From Ranitomeya imitator (Eukaryota): a DNA stretch of 64,000 nt. Within the stretch, counting starts at the first letter, position 1. Each line of letters starts with the position of its first letter. Below, piece after piece: positions 35,911-48,619 of the stretch. The stretch is taken from contig NC_091291.1 of NCBI RefSeq assembly GCF_032444005.1, positions 138,012,001-138,076,000 on the forward strand, written 5' to 3'. The notes beneath the pieces were generated by a model. The model searched no databases. It was not told where the DNA came from and saw only the letters and a program-made list of their open reading frames with translations. The translations under genes were made by a program, and so were the position numbers.

Positions 35911-37396
35911 TTAGAATGCGTGAAAAAAGGATCATTTTTCATCAGTGTTTCGGATCAGATTTTTATCGCTGTTTGGTCCATGTTTCAGTTTTTTTCCTTA
36001 ATAATTTTCTCATAAGCCATAAAAGTAAATAACAATGGGAAAGTTGCTGATACCCATTCCAATGATAATCATGGACAGCGCACAGATGGTCTCCGCGTCC
36101 GTTCTGTGATTTTTATGGACCCATAGATTTTAATGTGATCCGTGTCGCCATAATTTTTTTTATTTTTGAGATACACAACAAAAAACACGGACGTGTGATT
36201 AAGGAGACTATTAAGGGCGCGTGTTCTGTCTATGAAACACATGTACTGATAGCACATGTACGTCTGAATTAGCACTAACAAGATCTCACCAGATTTTCTC
36301 CGATTTTTATTGCATTTTCCCCATATTCTGAAAAACATATTTTGTGACTTTTTGCGATTTTATGCCACTTTTTCCACTTTTCAAAGTTCAGCTATTCTAA
36401 TGATGGCTTGGCCAGAATTGCAATTTTCTTAAAAAGTCGCAAATCATTCCAAGCAGGTGAAGGTTGTGTAATAAGCGCAGTAACGTAATATCCAATGATG
36501 CATCATATCGATCAAACATTGTGCAGCACTTCCATAATTATGATGCGAATGACTGTAGGGATCTCAAAGAAGAAGTGACAGTCCGCTCGTGATATCTTCC
36601 CCCCGTCAGACATGTGATGGAGGAGCTGGTGTATACACAATATACGGCCATATTGCTTGGATCCCGCGTTCTGTACGATTCTTTGAAATGCAAACCGATC
36701 CTGAGCCAGAACTTACTTTTGATCCGGTGTCTTTGAAATCTCTTGCTAACGCCACACACAGCTCCGCTGACCTTGGAGACGCCTTGATATTGAAATCTGA
36801 CATCCAGTGGACATTCCTTATTCTGCTGCTTCTTTATGTCATTGTATCGCTGCGTCCTAATCATTTATTGATGAAAGTCCCAGTCATTTACATATGAAGA
36901 CCTTCTATTTCATTGGCTACTGGAGTGTAGGTGATAGGACGTTACTTGGGCCTTGTCAGGACGATACATAAGAAACGATACTCAACGAGACCTGGCGATT
37001 TTCTCGCTTGTCTTAATGAGCCGAGTGTTGGAGTCAGAGAATCCTGATTCATTAAGAGGCACGCGACCATTGATGGATCAGGAGCATCTGACGAGCGGCG
37101 AGCGCCTCCATGTGCCGCCCCAGAAATCTTACTCTCGTCAGGTTCTGAAGGAAGATTTCTGGTGTAAGGTGCACAATGGCTCGTCATCAATTAGACATGA
37201 TGTGGAGTCCCCGTCCTGACCCAACTTCACCCATTTTGGCGGAGCTGGCGAAACTGGCGTGAAAGCGACAAAAGTTACATAGCAATACATGCAGCTGAAC
37301 ACTCCGATCTGATTGCCAGCGGCAGTGTTGCGTATTGACAGGCAAGACTCATCTGAGTTTCTCCCAAGTGAGTAGGAGCCCTTATACTGAGGCTAA

Positions 37397-37760
37397 GGGT
37401 ACGTGTCCACCTTCAGGATGGCCGGCGGTTTGGTTGGAGCGGCAAACCCGCTCCGCGCTAAGCTCCGCCCCCTTCTGTGACGCGATGATGTCGGATGTGT
37501 TCATAGCACACATCCCGAATCATCGCACCCCACACATAGGGCCCCGTGTTATACCTTGCGGCAGCGCAGCGTCGCCACAAGGTACACGGACATGCTACGA
37601 TCTTAAAAGATGTGCCGCATGTCCAGAATCGCAGGGCCGCCGCGTGCATGTTACCACGCATAGTGGACACGTGATTTCATTAAATCCCCTCCACTATGCT
37701 GTAACATCTGGACGCTGCAGCGTCAAACACGCAGCGTTTCCTGCACGTGGAAACATACCT
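37397..37760. mobile_element. PIF/Harbinger-like MITE
   Basis: TIR GGGTACGTGTCCAC / GTGGAAACATACC with TAA/TTA-like flanks; shares inverted segments with 37957-38272. Confidence 0.7.
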
Positions 37761-37956
37761 TTAGGGTTTGCTAATGCCTTCACCCATAATAACGTCCTAG
37801 AGGGCTATGTTTATTTATTGTGCTTTGCTTATATACCGCTATCATATACCGCAACGCTTTATGCTGAAGACTTACCTGCTCCCCGTCTTCTCGTTTGTGT
37901 TTGTCATCGTCACTCCGCCAGAATCTTCCCCGGCGAGGCTCTTCAGCCTGCTCTTA

Positions 37957-38272
37957 GGGTATGTTTTCACGTTCAGGAAACTCTGTGTTTTTGACGCTGT
38001 GTTGAGCCGCAGCGTCAAAAACGCAGCGTCCAGATGTTACAGCATAGTGGAGGGGATTTAATGAAATCCCGTCCTCACTATGCAGGAAGAAACGCATGCG
38101 GCAGACCCGCGAAAACGCCTTTTAAGAACGCAGCATGTCCTTACATTGCAGAAAAAGCGCAAGGTCAGCGCAGGTGACCTGCCAGTGACCTTAGGTGCAG
38201 ATTTGGTCAGGATTTTACCTGCATAAAATCCTGACCAAATCCTGATGCAATCCTGAACGTGGACACATACCC
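37957..38272. mobile_element. PIF/Harbinger-like MITE
   Basis: TIR GGGTATGTTTTCACGTTCAGGA / TCCTGAACGTGGACACATACCC; TTA TSD. Confidence 0.8.
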
Positions 38273-39167
38273 TTATGGGGGAATAAGTTCCACCTGATAA
38301 AGGAGAATTACTTCTTACAACTCACAGAGAGTGGCCTGGATATGGTAAATCCCGAGATTTGAGGGGGTCGGAAATTGTCTCCTGAGTTGTCAGCAGGAAG
38401 AGTCCATGGAAAATGTTATGTATTATTGCTGGGAAGAAAGGGAAATATGGATGGAAGTGTTAAAATCTTATGATTGCAGTCCCTGAAGTATCCTGACGTC
38501 ATCTATGGTCTCCCATCAGGGTAACATCAGCATGGGAACCCTGTATCTGAAAACCACCAATATTAACCCTGACACACAGGAACCCGAGAATCCATACACA
38601 GCGAGCTCGTCCTTCATATGGCTGCCATTGACCAAATAGTGTCCGACCTCAGGTGGATAGAATCAGCAGATAACAGGAAGAAGCAGAGTGCGGGCTCGGT
38701 CACGTGAGTGAATAACACGGCCAAGTGCTGTGCGATGTTTTATCAGATCGCAATGGGACCAATGTAATTGTATGGGGCAGTGCCGACCAGCCGAGAGAAA
38801 ACTGCAGAATGCTGCAATGTGCAGTGCAAGTCGATTCGCACACACCCGGAGAAATCTGTGGGTGCGCGGAAATAATTGAGCTGCACTCTGACGTCCGAGT
38901 GCAGTCCGATGTCCACAGACTCACAGAATGGAGAAGATGGAGAATTTTTTTTTCGGCATCTTCTCCTCCCCTGTGCTATGATCCTCTCATTCCAGATAAT
39001 CAGATCACAGTAATCCGGCACTTTGCTCAAACTGATCAGAGTATGAACTGAGTGTCATTAATATAATCGATCTGATCCCCTCGGAGGATAGAATATATGG
39101 TCGCATGACCCCGGCTGTCACGATTCATTATGGCATTCATGGCAACTCTGGTTCTGCTGAAAGTTAA

Positions 39168-39520
39168 GGATATGTGCACACGTTCCGGATTTTTTGCGTT
39201 TTTTTTGCGGATTTTCCTGATAAAAATGCTATAAAATCGCATAAATAATGCAAACATTATGCATCCTATCAATTAGAATGCATTCCGCATTTTTTGTGCA
39301 CATGTTTGCGTTTTTTTCCGCAAAAAAAAAACGCATTCCACAAAAAGAAGTAGCATGTTCATTATTTTTGCGGATTTTTTGCGGATTTCCCATTAAATTG
39401 GAATGTCCGGAAAAGAAAACGCACAAAATACGCGCAAAAAAACGCATGTGGATTTCTGGCAGAAATGTCCGTTTTTTGTCAGGAAATTTCTGCAAGAAAT
39501 CCTGACGTGTGCACATAGCC
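39168..39520. mobile_element. PIF/Harbinger-like MITE
   Basis: TIR GGATATGTGCACACGT / ACGTGTGCACATAGCC; TAA TSD. Confidence 0.82.
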
Positions 39521-39539
39521 TAAATGTTGTTTTTTTCCT

Positions 39540-40000
39540 TTTGCTCCAGCAAGAGTTAATGTCAGTCTCCTGCTGGCTGTTCTTTTAGGCTGGTCAGGTG
39601 ATGTTAGTTTGTGACCACTCCCTCCTTCCTTTATATAGTCACATGACCCTTCAGCTGATCATAGAGTTCTTATATGCAGACCAGCTAGGGGTGTGGAGCT
39701 CTCCTGTTTCGGTGGTGTTGCTGCTTTGAGAGTTCAGATTCCCGCTGTTGTTTTTATGCTGCGGTGGAGCTTGGCAGCAGAGCCTGAAGCTGAGTATTTC
39801 TTCCTTTTTCTTTGTCTGTCCCATGTTTTTCTCTTCCCCTGTGTAATATCATTTGCAGTGGCAAGGCTAGCGTCCTTGCTGGCCAGTGCACTAGCCACAC
39901 TCCATTGAGTTGACAATAAGGGACTAGGCACATGACGGCAGCGGAGGGAAGGACCCGCAAAGGGCTTTATGGGAGCTTAGGGACAGGCACAGGTTGGTGT
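39540..40000 (+). mobile_element. Probable degraded LTR fragment
   Basis: Organisation similar to the other solo LTRs (GAGTTAA near the 5' end, TTTATATAG, pyrimidine-rich middle); termini not resolved. Confidence 0.45.
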
Positions 40001-40490
40001 CATTATCAAGCTGAAAAATGGCTCTTGGCCATTTCTTTTTTGAGAAATGACTGTATCACTGAATCCATCACCAAATCAATGTAATAATGATAGTGTCTCT
40101 GGATTGAAGATAAGAGGGAGCCGGTTACCGTATATTATGCCACCCCACACGATAAACCGAAGTTGGACCATTGTGACATTTCCTTGTGAAGACTTCTTCG
40201 CTGCCCTTATGCCGCTTCTCTAAAAAGCTACTGTATCATGGTGCAGAGATAGAGAGCAATGGAGGCTGGAATAGAGGTCTGTCCTCTTCAGTGTTGAGTC
40301 CCATTTTTGTCTTGGATGTAATGATAGCTGGAGATTGGTCTGTAGACCATGTGTGCAACGCCATCGAGAGGCCTTCCTGAGGCAACATGAAAGTGTCCCA
40401 GAAGCTATGATTCAAAACGAGAACGCAGGGTTGCATGTTCCTCTCGCTACTGTGAGCAGCTTTCAAGACATTACCGTGCTATCATGACCT

Positions 40491-40866
40491 GCAGCATCTC
40501 CGGACTTGTCTTCCGTGGCTGCAGCATCTCTGGACTTGTCTTCCGTGGCTGCAGCATCTCCGGACTTGTCTTCCGTGGCTGCAGCATCTCTGGACTTGTC
40601 TTCCGTAGCTGCAGCATCTCCGGACTTGTCTTCCGTGGCTGCAGCATCTCTGGACTTGTCTTCCGTGGCTGCAGCATCTCCTGACTTGTCTTCCGTGGCT
40701 GCAGCATCTCCGGACTTGTCATCCGTGGCTGCAGCATCTCTGGACTTGTCTTCCGTGGCTGCAGCGTCTCCGGACTTGTCTTCCATGGCTGCAGCATCTC
40801 CAGACTTTTCTTCCGTGACTGCAGCATCTTCAGACTTGTCTTCCATGACTGCAGCATCGCCGGACA
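40491..40866. repeat. 30-bp minisatellite (~12 units; GCAGCATCTCCGGACTTGTCTTCCGTGGCT)
   Basis: Tandem array. Confidence 0.95.
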
Positions 40867-41232
40867 GATTTATACAGCCACCACTAGGAGGAGCTCACTA
40901 CATACAGATTTAGATATATAGTCACCACTAGGGGAGCTCACTACATACAGATTTATACAGCCGCGACTAGAGGGAGCTCGCTACATATAAATGTATACAG
41001 CCACCACTAGGAGGAGCTCACTACATACAGATTTATACAGCCGCGACAAAAGGAGCTCACTACATACAGATTTATACAGCCGCGACAAAAGGAGCTCACT
41101 ACATATAAATGTATACAGCCACCACTAGAGGGAGCTCACTACATACAGATTTATACAGCCACGACAAAAGGAGCTCACTACATATAAATGTATACAGCCA
41201 CCACTAGAGGGAGCTCACTACATACAGATTTA
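40866..41232. repeat. ~9 units of the same 40-bp family as NPPA intron 2, in opposite orientation
   Basis: CCACCACTAGAGGGAGCTCACTACATACAGATTTATACAG is the reverse complement of the 21285-23215 unit. Confidence 0.92.
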
Positions 41233-41780
41233 CAGATAGCAGCGACGTTACACCGACGCCCTCCTACTTCTGGATGCATAGGCTTAGCCGCTACTAGGTG
41301 ACGTTAGTCTACTTCCGGTTTGCGGTAACACACGGACTATAAAAGACGGCACACATGTATTTACGGCATGCCCCCTGAGGAAGGTTTCGTTAACCGAAAC
41401 GCGCATCGGGGTCAACGGTGGACGGCGTGGTGACTGGCCTGTACATTTTGGTATGTTCTTTACTACCTTTTTATGCTATTAAACTTTCTGCCTTATTTTG
41501 ACTGTCACCGGGATAACTAACTATGGGTATACATCTGTCAATGGCTGTGCGGTGCACTAGCCGTGATGCATCTACCTTTGATGGAACTCTTTTATATATT
41601 TGATGTATGTTCCGTCCACTGTTTTCATTGGGCACTTTTTGTGTCGCATTGTTTCATGTTCCCCCTTGTTTCCCTTAAACCTGTTTAATAATTGTATGAT
41701 AATAAAGCATTTTTTGATATTTTGGATACAAAAACTGTTGTTGGTGCTCTTGGTTTTTTTCTTATCTCATTTCCTGCGGA
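41233..41780 (+). mobile_element. PLE pseudo-LTR-like fragment with a hammerhead motif at 41371-41411
   Basis: CCCC-CTGAGGA-A-GGTT TCGTT AACC-GAAA-CGCGCATC-GGGG, followed by T-rich sequence and AATAAA; boundaries approximate. Confidence 0.6.
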
Positions 41781-43211
41781 TGCTGGATTTTTGCGCTTTG
41801 CCGCTTGCTCTATCTGTGGACATGGGGTGTAGATGAATGAAACAAATGTGACTGCATTGTGTAGAGAACTAATCTGATCTATAGGATGAAGTTTTGCATA
41901 ATTACCATACACATTTGTAGGTATAAATTAAATAAATCAGACCATTTTCAGGCTTCTGTGCGTAACACTAAAAGATTTTATTACCTGCTGGTTATAACAA
42001 CTGCTTCTCGCTGCATTTGATGAAGTCAGGCTCGGGCTATACGGGCGACCCTGGCCGCTGTCCGGGGTGCTGACATATTAGCCTGGAGTTACAGTGCTGC
42101 TCCCATCATCGCCTTTCCTGATGTCTCTTATTATATAGGTTATTTATATACAAGTACTACAGTATTAAAGGGATCACGTCACAAGGGCAAGATCACTTAC
42201 TAATAGGCCATGAATGGTGATCTAGCACGATATCGCCCTCTACTGGCTCTGTCAGGTCCCTACTGGGGGTAAGAAGATGTGGGATTTGCCTTGAAAACAC
42301 GGCGTCCCCAATTAATCAGTCTTGGCATTGATTGATCTACCTTTTGAACATTGATCTCCAACATTTTGGCTGTTTCATAAATACAGTTTCCCAGCATGCA
42401 CTGATAGCTGTAATTGATCTAAGGCAAAAATGTGCCTAGTGTCGCCCAGGTTTTGGGGTTCGTGGCCCACCAGCTTCATCGGAAGGAATAGAGGGCCGTA
42501 TATTGTGTCTGCCGTCGTGTGGCTTTGCCCATCTCTGCCAGCTTGGAGTTGCAGGGCTTTGGTTACTTTGCCTTTTTTGCTGCTTTCTGGTCATAGATGA
42601 AGAGTTCTGGAGCCCGGAGGACACACTGACCCCGATATCCAGCAGCGTGCTCCGCCACAGGTCCTGAACACTGCCCCAGATCGGCTGTAATGGATGAAGA
42701 GGACGATTGTCTCCAGATTTATGGGCTGAATCCTGTTGATGAAAAACGAAAATAGATACATTTACTTCCTTCGGAATGGTAAACAATCAATTCTCAGGTG
42801 CCGAATTCTGGAAATTCTTGATGTTATAAATACAATCTGTGAAAGAACCGTGACCGATCAGAGAATGTTTCTCCAAAAATGTTTTTCTTTGGACTTAGTA
42901 ACACTGTATCCGTGTCACGACACAGCTGTCGGGTGACCCGGGACCAGGGGCTCCTTCCCTGTTCCTATCACTAGGGGGCACCCTAGCTCGCCCTATTCCC
43001 CGGGATACTTCTGAAGGTGAAGATGCCGAGGCCGCCACTCTTGCCCTATCTCCTGAGTTAGCCCTCCATCTGTTCTCTTCCCCCACCCATGGAATATGGG
43101 CCAGTATACCAACCCAACAAACAAGGCAACACAAACAAGGGCTAACAGTAAACTCCCAGGCATACAAAATATTCACTCACATATAACACAGAAATGCAGC
43201 GGGGCGTGGAG

Positions 43212-44057
43212 TGTTGTGAATTCCGCTCTTGGGCTCCCTCCGTTGGTTGTAAGTGGCACTTTTGTGAGTTCTGCTCTTGGGCTCCCTCCAGTGGTTGTAA
43301 GTGGCACTTTTGTGAGTTCTGCTCTTGGGCTCCCTCTGGTGGTTTTAAGTGGTATGGCTGCTCCTTGGATTTAGCAGTCTGCAGCTGCTTCCACTGATTG
43401 TCTTTCTGCTCGGCTATTTATGCCTGGCTCTTCCCTTCAGCCAGTGCCACTTGTCAATGGTTCCTGGTTGGATTCACATCTCTCTTGGATTTCCCTGATA
43501 TCCTGACCAGTTCACCAAAGATAAGTCCTTGCTTTGCTCTTTTCTGTCCACATGTTGTGGACCTATTCGTTCTGTGCATTCTATGTTTTGTCCGGCTTGT
43601 CAGTATGGATTAATTCAGTTAAGCTGGAAGCTCTGGGAAGCAGATTTACCCTCCACACCTTTAGTCAGGTGTGGAGATTTTTGTAAACTCTGTGTGGATT
43701 TGTGTAGTTTTTAATACTGACCGCACAGTATTCCGTCCTGTCCTATCTATCTAGCTAGACTGGCCTCCTATGCTACATCCTGGTTTTGTTCTGTGTATGT
43801 CTTTTCCCTCTCCACTCACAATCATTACTTGTGGGGGGCTATCTATCCTTTGGGGATTTTCTCTGAGGCAAGATAGTTTTCCTGTTTCTATCTTTAGGGG
43901 TAGTTAGTTCTCAGGCTGTGACGAGGTGCCTAGGGAGTGACAGGAGCATTCCACGGCTACTTCTAGTGTTGTGTTGAGCTTAGGGACTGCGGTCAGTACA
44001 GGTACCACCTCCTTCAGAGCTCGTCTCATGTTGCTCCTAAACCACCAGATCATAACA
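43212..44057 (+). mobile_element. Nested solo LTR (846 bp)
   Basis: TGTTGTGAATT...GATCATAACA; 6-bp TSD GTGGAG. Confidence 0.9.
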
Positions 44058-44137
44058 GTGGAGGTAGGGGAATAAACAAAAGTAGAGAAGGGAATTACCA
44101 CGCATACAAACCAAGCAACAGTCACAGATAACTCCTC

Positions 44138-44715
44138 TGTTGTGAATTCTGTTGTCGAACTCCCTCCTGAGGTCGTGAATGGTACTTCGGCGAGTTCTGT
44201 CCATGGACTCCCTCTGGTGGCTGTGAGTGGAGCTGCGGCTTCTGAGGTTCCTTACACAGGTGACGTGATTTATCCTTTGTAAAAGAAAACAGCAACCCGC
44301 ACCACCGATCACCCACTGTGGTCACTTCCTGGTCAGATCACCTACGCTGGATCGCAGACCTCGGGTGCTAATAGCCTGAAAACATGCCATGTGGAGTATA
44401 AACGAAAAGAAAGCGGCAGCACTCACCGGTCTTCTTGCAGGTTATTTATTGGTGAGAAAAATCTTCACGGCACGGGGGGGTGTGGTTACAAAGACATGTG
44501 GGGGCTGAACGACAGCCGTTTCGCACCTCCCAGGTGCTTCAACGGGGAGCTGTGAAGAGGCGTCTAGGGAGAGTCAGGAACGCTCCACGGCTATTTTTAG
44601 TTGTTGTGATAGGATTAGGGCTTGCGGTCAGCAGAGCTCCCACATCCCAGAGCTTGTCCTGTGTGAGTTTAACTATCAGGTCGTACCGGGTGCTCCTAAC
44701 CACCAGGTCATAACA
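44138..44715 (+). mobile_element. Nested solo LTR whose middle is replaced by a ~280-bp PLE-like fragment (~44280-44550)
   Basis: TGTTGTGAATT...GGTCATAACA; 6-bp TSD CTCCTC. The ends match the reverse complement of 5095-5889 but the middle does not. Confidence 0.85.
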
Positions 44716-45412
44716 CTCCTCCAAAACTCCTTCTCACATCCTCTTCCTCCTGAAGCCATGCAGCAAATGCTAGCTCTGACATAGATTTGAATCAGATTAT
44801 AAAGTGAAGGGAAGTGGCTGACTGAGTTCAGCTGAGAGCTCAGGGTTTTCCAACATGGCCGATTAACCCCTGATCTGCCAAAAGGAATAAACACCATTAA
44901 AATGAAGTAGAAGTGCTGCTTCTCAGCGCAGGAGTAGGAGCAATCAGACGCTGTGACCATCTGGCTCCTCTCGGTTGCAGAAACCCCATGACAATCTGTC
45001 TGGGAAAACTGGCGACTTATAAAGGGGTGGTTGGAAAAAGAGTGACAGCATAAGAGTTTTGGTGTATGAAGAACTGTATACCAATACATGACCCTCCTAA
45101 CAACTCTGTCTCTTAAAGACATGCCCTTTGGTACAGGTCCTGTGCCAATGACCAATTCAGCAACCAGATTAATAGCCAGCCCAGCATCATCACCCACTGA
45201 TTACTCATAGTCTCAGAGACAGGGTGGAGAGACAGCCCCCTACTCCAAATTTACATAGCTATCTGCAACAAGGAGGTGTATTTGCCATTCAGGAGACATG
45301 GAAAGCTGTGAGACACCCTATGTGGAAGCTGAAAGTATTCTATTCTTTTCTGGTACAAAGTAACACATCCTTTGTATAACCATAAAGATACAGCTGCGAT
45401 ATTCCAGGCGAC

Positions 45413-45502
45413 CTGCAGCCACCACTAGGGGGAGCTTGTGAGTTTACCGCATACTGTGTTACCAGTGAACCTGCAGTCAGCTCCCCCTAGTGGTGGCTGC
45501 AG
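45413..45502. repeat. Perfect 24-bp inverted repeat pair (CTGCAGCCACCACTAGGGGGAGCT), probably MITE-internal
   Basis: 45413-45436 and 45479-45502; same core as the 40-bp minisatellite. Confidence 0.85.
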
Positions 45503-47537
45503 GGAGTCAATCCTTTATCTTTCCTGCCTAACTCTATAGGATTTAAACCTCTGCACACTAAAAAAAAGAAAACGACTTAGATCTGGCCTGTAAATGATAT
45601 TGCATTACAAAGTGGACCTTCAAGTATTAAGGATGTTACACAGAAAGATGTTCGTCATGTCTACTCCATAGACCCCCTTTAAAAAAAAAAACCCTAGATT
45701 CCCCCAAAGCCCACTTTCAAAAACTCTATGAAAATATTCAGTGTATCTGTGAGCATAACCTTGACGTCATCCGTCAAGATACTGATACTTCTGTATATTT
45801 CACTGCAGGCATAAAATAATGATGTTACAAACTGGCAAAGCAATAAGCACAGAGAAATAAACCGGAGGGGAGGCATGGAGGGCGCGTAATAAGATCTGTG
45901 CTCCGTAATGTCCATATAATTGTCCGATCAGGGACTGTGCGAGGTCCTGGACCCACAGCACCTCTTGTAGCACAATCCTACAGCGCCAGATATCGGCCCC
46001 ATTTATCAAGAGAGGATTTTTAATAAGTAGAAGGATCTTGTTTTCCTGTTTGTTTGACTCATCCATTACTGGAAGCGGCTTCGTTATAATCTCGCCGCGT
46101 TCCTGGTAATACGTGTAATGTCGGGGGTCGTGCAGAGGGCGGCGGACGGTCGCTTCATGGCGATTTCGGCTCTTTCTGCAAGGAGCAGGGTCACTTTAAT
46201 AAATGAAAGTCTAATAATAGGGAAACTGATTCATTTAATATGAGATCTCCCTGCATGGATCTAGATGGAGAGCTGTAGACAGACGTCTGTGTATACGAAG
46301 CATGCAAAGTGCTCCCTCTGCTGGCAGCTGCAGGGAATGAGAATTTGATCTTTTCACCTCTGCTTTGGAGGAAGATTTGGAGTTCTGTATCCTAAAAATA
46401 AAGCTTCAGCCGCTATGAAGATATATTTAAAAAATTAATCAGATATATTAAGAAATTAATCAGATATATTAGGAAATTAATCAGATAGATTAAGAAATTA
46501 ATCGGCGCAGTTTTATTAAAAGGACAGGATAGGTGATAACTTGCTGATCGCTGTGGAGTCCGACTGCCGGGACTATCCTGAGAACGGGGCTCTCTGATGC
46601 CCAGTCAGATTTCATGCTCCCGTTCTATTCATTGCCGGTGATGAAAAAAATTGCGCACTGTCCTCATCTAATGGCGCATTTTTCTTGGGGGTCAGTTAGC
46701 TCTCCGGGGTCAGAGCGCTAGCGATCATATTTTCCAGATAGGAATGACCCTTTATATAATGAACAGTTCTGCAATGTTCTAATATATTTAGTGTATTTCA
46801 GGATCTCTGCTTGCTGTCAGTTAATGGAAACTGTACAGCACCATGGAATTAATGGTGCTATATAAATAAATAATAAATAATTATTATTGTTAATGGCTGA
46901 CAACCACTAGAGGCTTAATCATGCTAATATTATGTGTAAAGGGTTATTATAAAAAAAAAAAAAAAAAAAGTCAGTTCTCCCCTACCAAGGGATAGAAGAA
47001 AACGTGTCTGCCTGCAGCACTGGTGGACGCAGATGGAGACGGCCCCTGCGCAGTAACATTATATGCGCCCTTTGTAGTGCAATATTCCCCATGCTGTGGA
47101 GCCGGGCATGGGCCTCTTACTTCTTGAGTTGCACCAATGGTTTGTCCATCCCTGGATTACAGGATCCCCAGGAGATCCTGAGATCCAGGGTCTGATTCCC
47201 AGATCAGGGGTTTGCAGCCCCATCCTGAATGTAGCAGATTTGCTCCTGCACAGTCCAGTATATCGCTCTGCTATTTCTCAGGAGTCCCATAGACAATGAA
47301 CAGCCAGGAGGCCGTACATGTGCACCTCCGCTACAGCCAGGACAGGGCTGGAATGTCCAGTTTTGGGGGTTTCAGAGCCCCTGAGCTAAGGATTACTGGG
47401 GAAGCCAGCAGCTGTAACCCCAAATTATCCACGATCCTATAAATAGGGCTTGACTTAACTTCATTTTTGTTACTAACCTTTTCTTCTGGACAATCCTTGC
47501 TCCAGGATGTCACATTATTATCAGACTAATGCAATGT

Positions 47538-48088
47538 AACAGATTAATAAGAGAGAAGGAGCTGCTGTGTTAGGATGGGAGACAGATTACTAAGAGAGAA
47601 GGAGCTGCTGTGTTAGGATGGGAGACAGATTACTAAGAGAGAAGGAGCTGCTGTGTTAGGATGGGAGACAGATTACTAAGAGAGAAGGAGCTGCTGTGTT
47701 AGGATGGGAGACAGATTACTAAGAGAGAAGGAGCTGCTGTGTTAAGATGGGAGACAGATTACTTAGAGAGAAGGAGCTGCTGTGTTAGGATGGGAGACAG
47801 ATTACTAAGAGAGAAGGAGCTGCTGTGTTAGGATGGGAGACAGATTAATAAGAGAGAAGGAGCTGCTGTGTTAAGATGGGAGACAGATTACTTAGAGAGA
47901 AGGAGCTGCTGTGTTAGGATGGGAGACAGATTACTAAGAGAGAAGGAGCTGCTGTGTTAGGATGGGAGACAGATTAATAAGAGAGAAGGAGCTGCTGTGT
48001 TAGGATGGGAGACAGATTACTAAGAGAGAAGGAGCTGCTGTGTTAGGATGGGAGACAGATTACTAAGAGAGAAGGAGCTGCTGTGTTA
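47538..48088. repeat. 43-bp minisatellite (~13 units; AGATTACTAAGAGAGAAGGAGCTGCTGTGTTAGGATGGGAGAC)
   Basis: Tandem array. Confidence 0.95.
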
Positions 48089-48619
48089 CAGTATACAGTA
48101 TACAGTGGGATCATTCAGGAGGAGTCATTAGATGCTGCCCATAACTGACACCCTGTGAAGATTCCCGCGGGACCCCTGCAGCTGTCAGTCCTGGGGGAGA
48201 ACATCTCGGCTCCTTACACTGAGCCATTGGGACTCTTCTTATAGTGTTGATTAGAAAAAGAGACAAAACCGAATCTCCATCCTTCATTCATCCATCCTTC
48301 ATTGTGACCCCCTCTAATTCTACCGGGACGCAGGGAAAGCCATAACCTCCGCCGATGAGCCGGACCACCCTCCTGACATTCCCACTGATCAGACTTCATT
48401 GTTTTACCCTTTCCTACAGAGCTGCTTAGGGCCTCAGAGAGAGGGGCCACATGTAAGAACCTGTTCAGGACTCTCCTCTATAATTGAGTTATTGTATGGA
48501 TCTGAGCAGGAGAATAGGAGGAGATCCCTGGAGATCTCAGACCACCAGAGACCCCAACAGACAATGCAGCGAGCACAGCTGCACCCCAACACTATGGTCC
48601 TGGAAAAAGAAACCAGAAC

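Larger units (their letters stand above)
42913..44993 (-). mobile_element. Solo LTR (family of 31088-31740) hosting two nested solo LTRs
   Basis: TGTCACGA...CATGACA termini; TSD ATCCG/ATCTG (one CpG-type change). Removing the inserts leaves ~645 bp. Confidence 0.85.

Noticed and set aside
36400-37330. Unassigned sequence with short ORFs upstream of NPPB
   Set aside because: It has no recognisable domain, splice structure or motif cluster. It cannot be called without homology or chromatin data.
40463-40913. AAATEDKSGD and SSVAAASPDL repeat ORFs
   Set aside because: They come from a 30-bp minisatellite with unit length divisible by 3, and have no gene structure.
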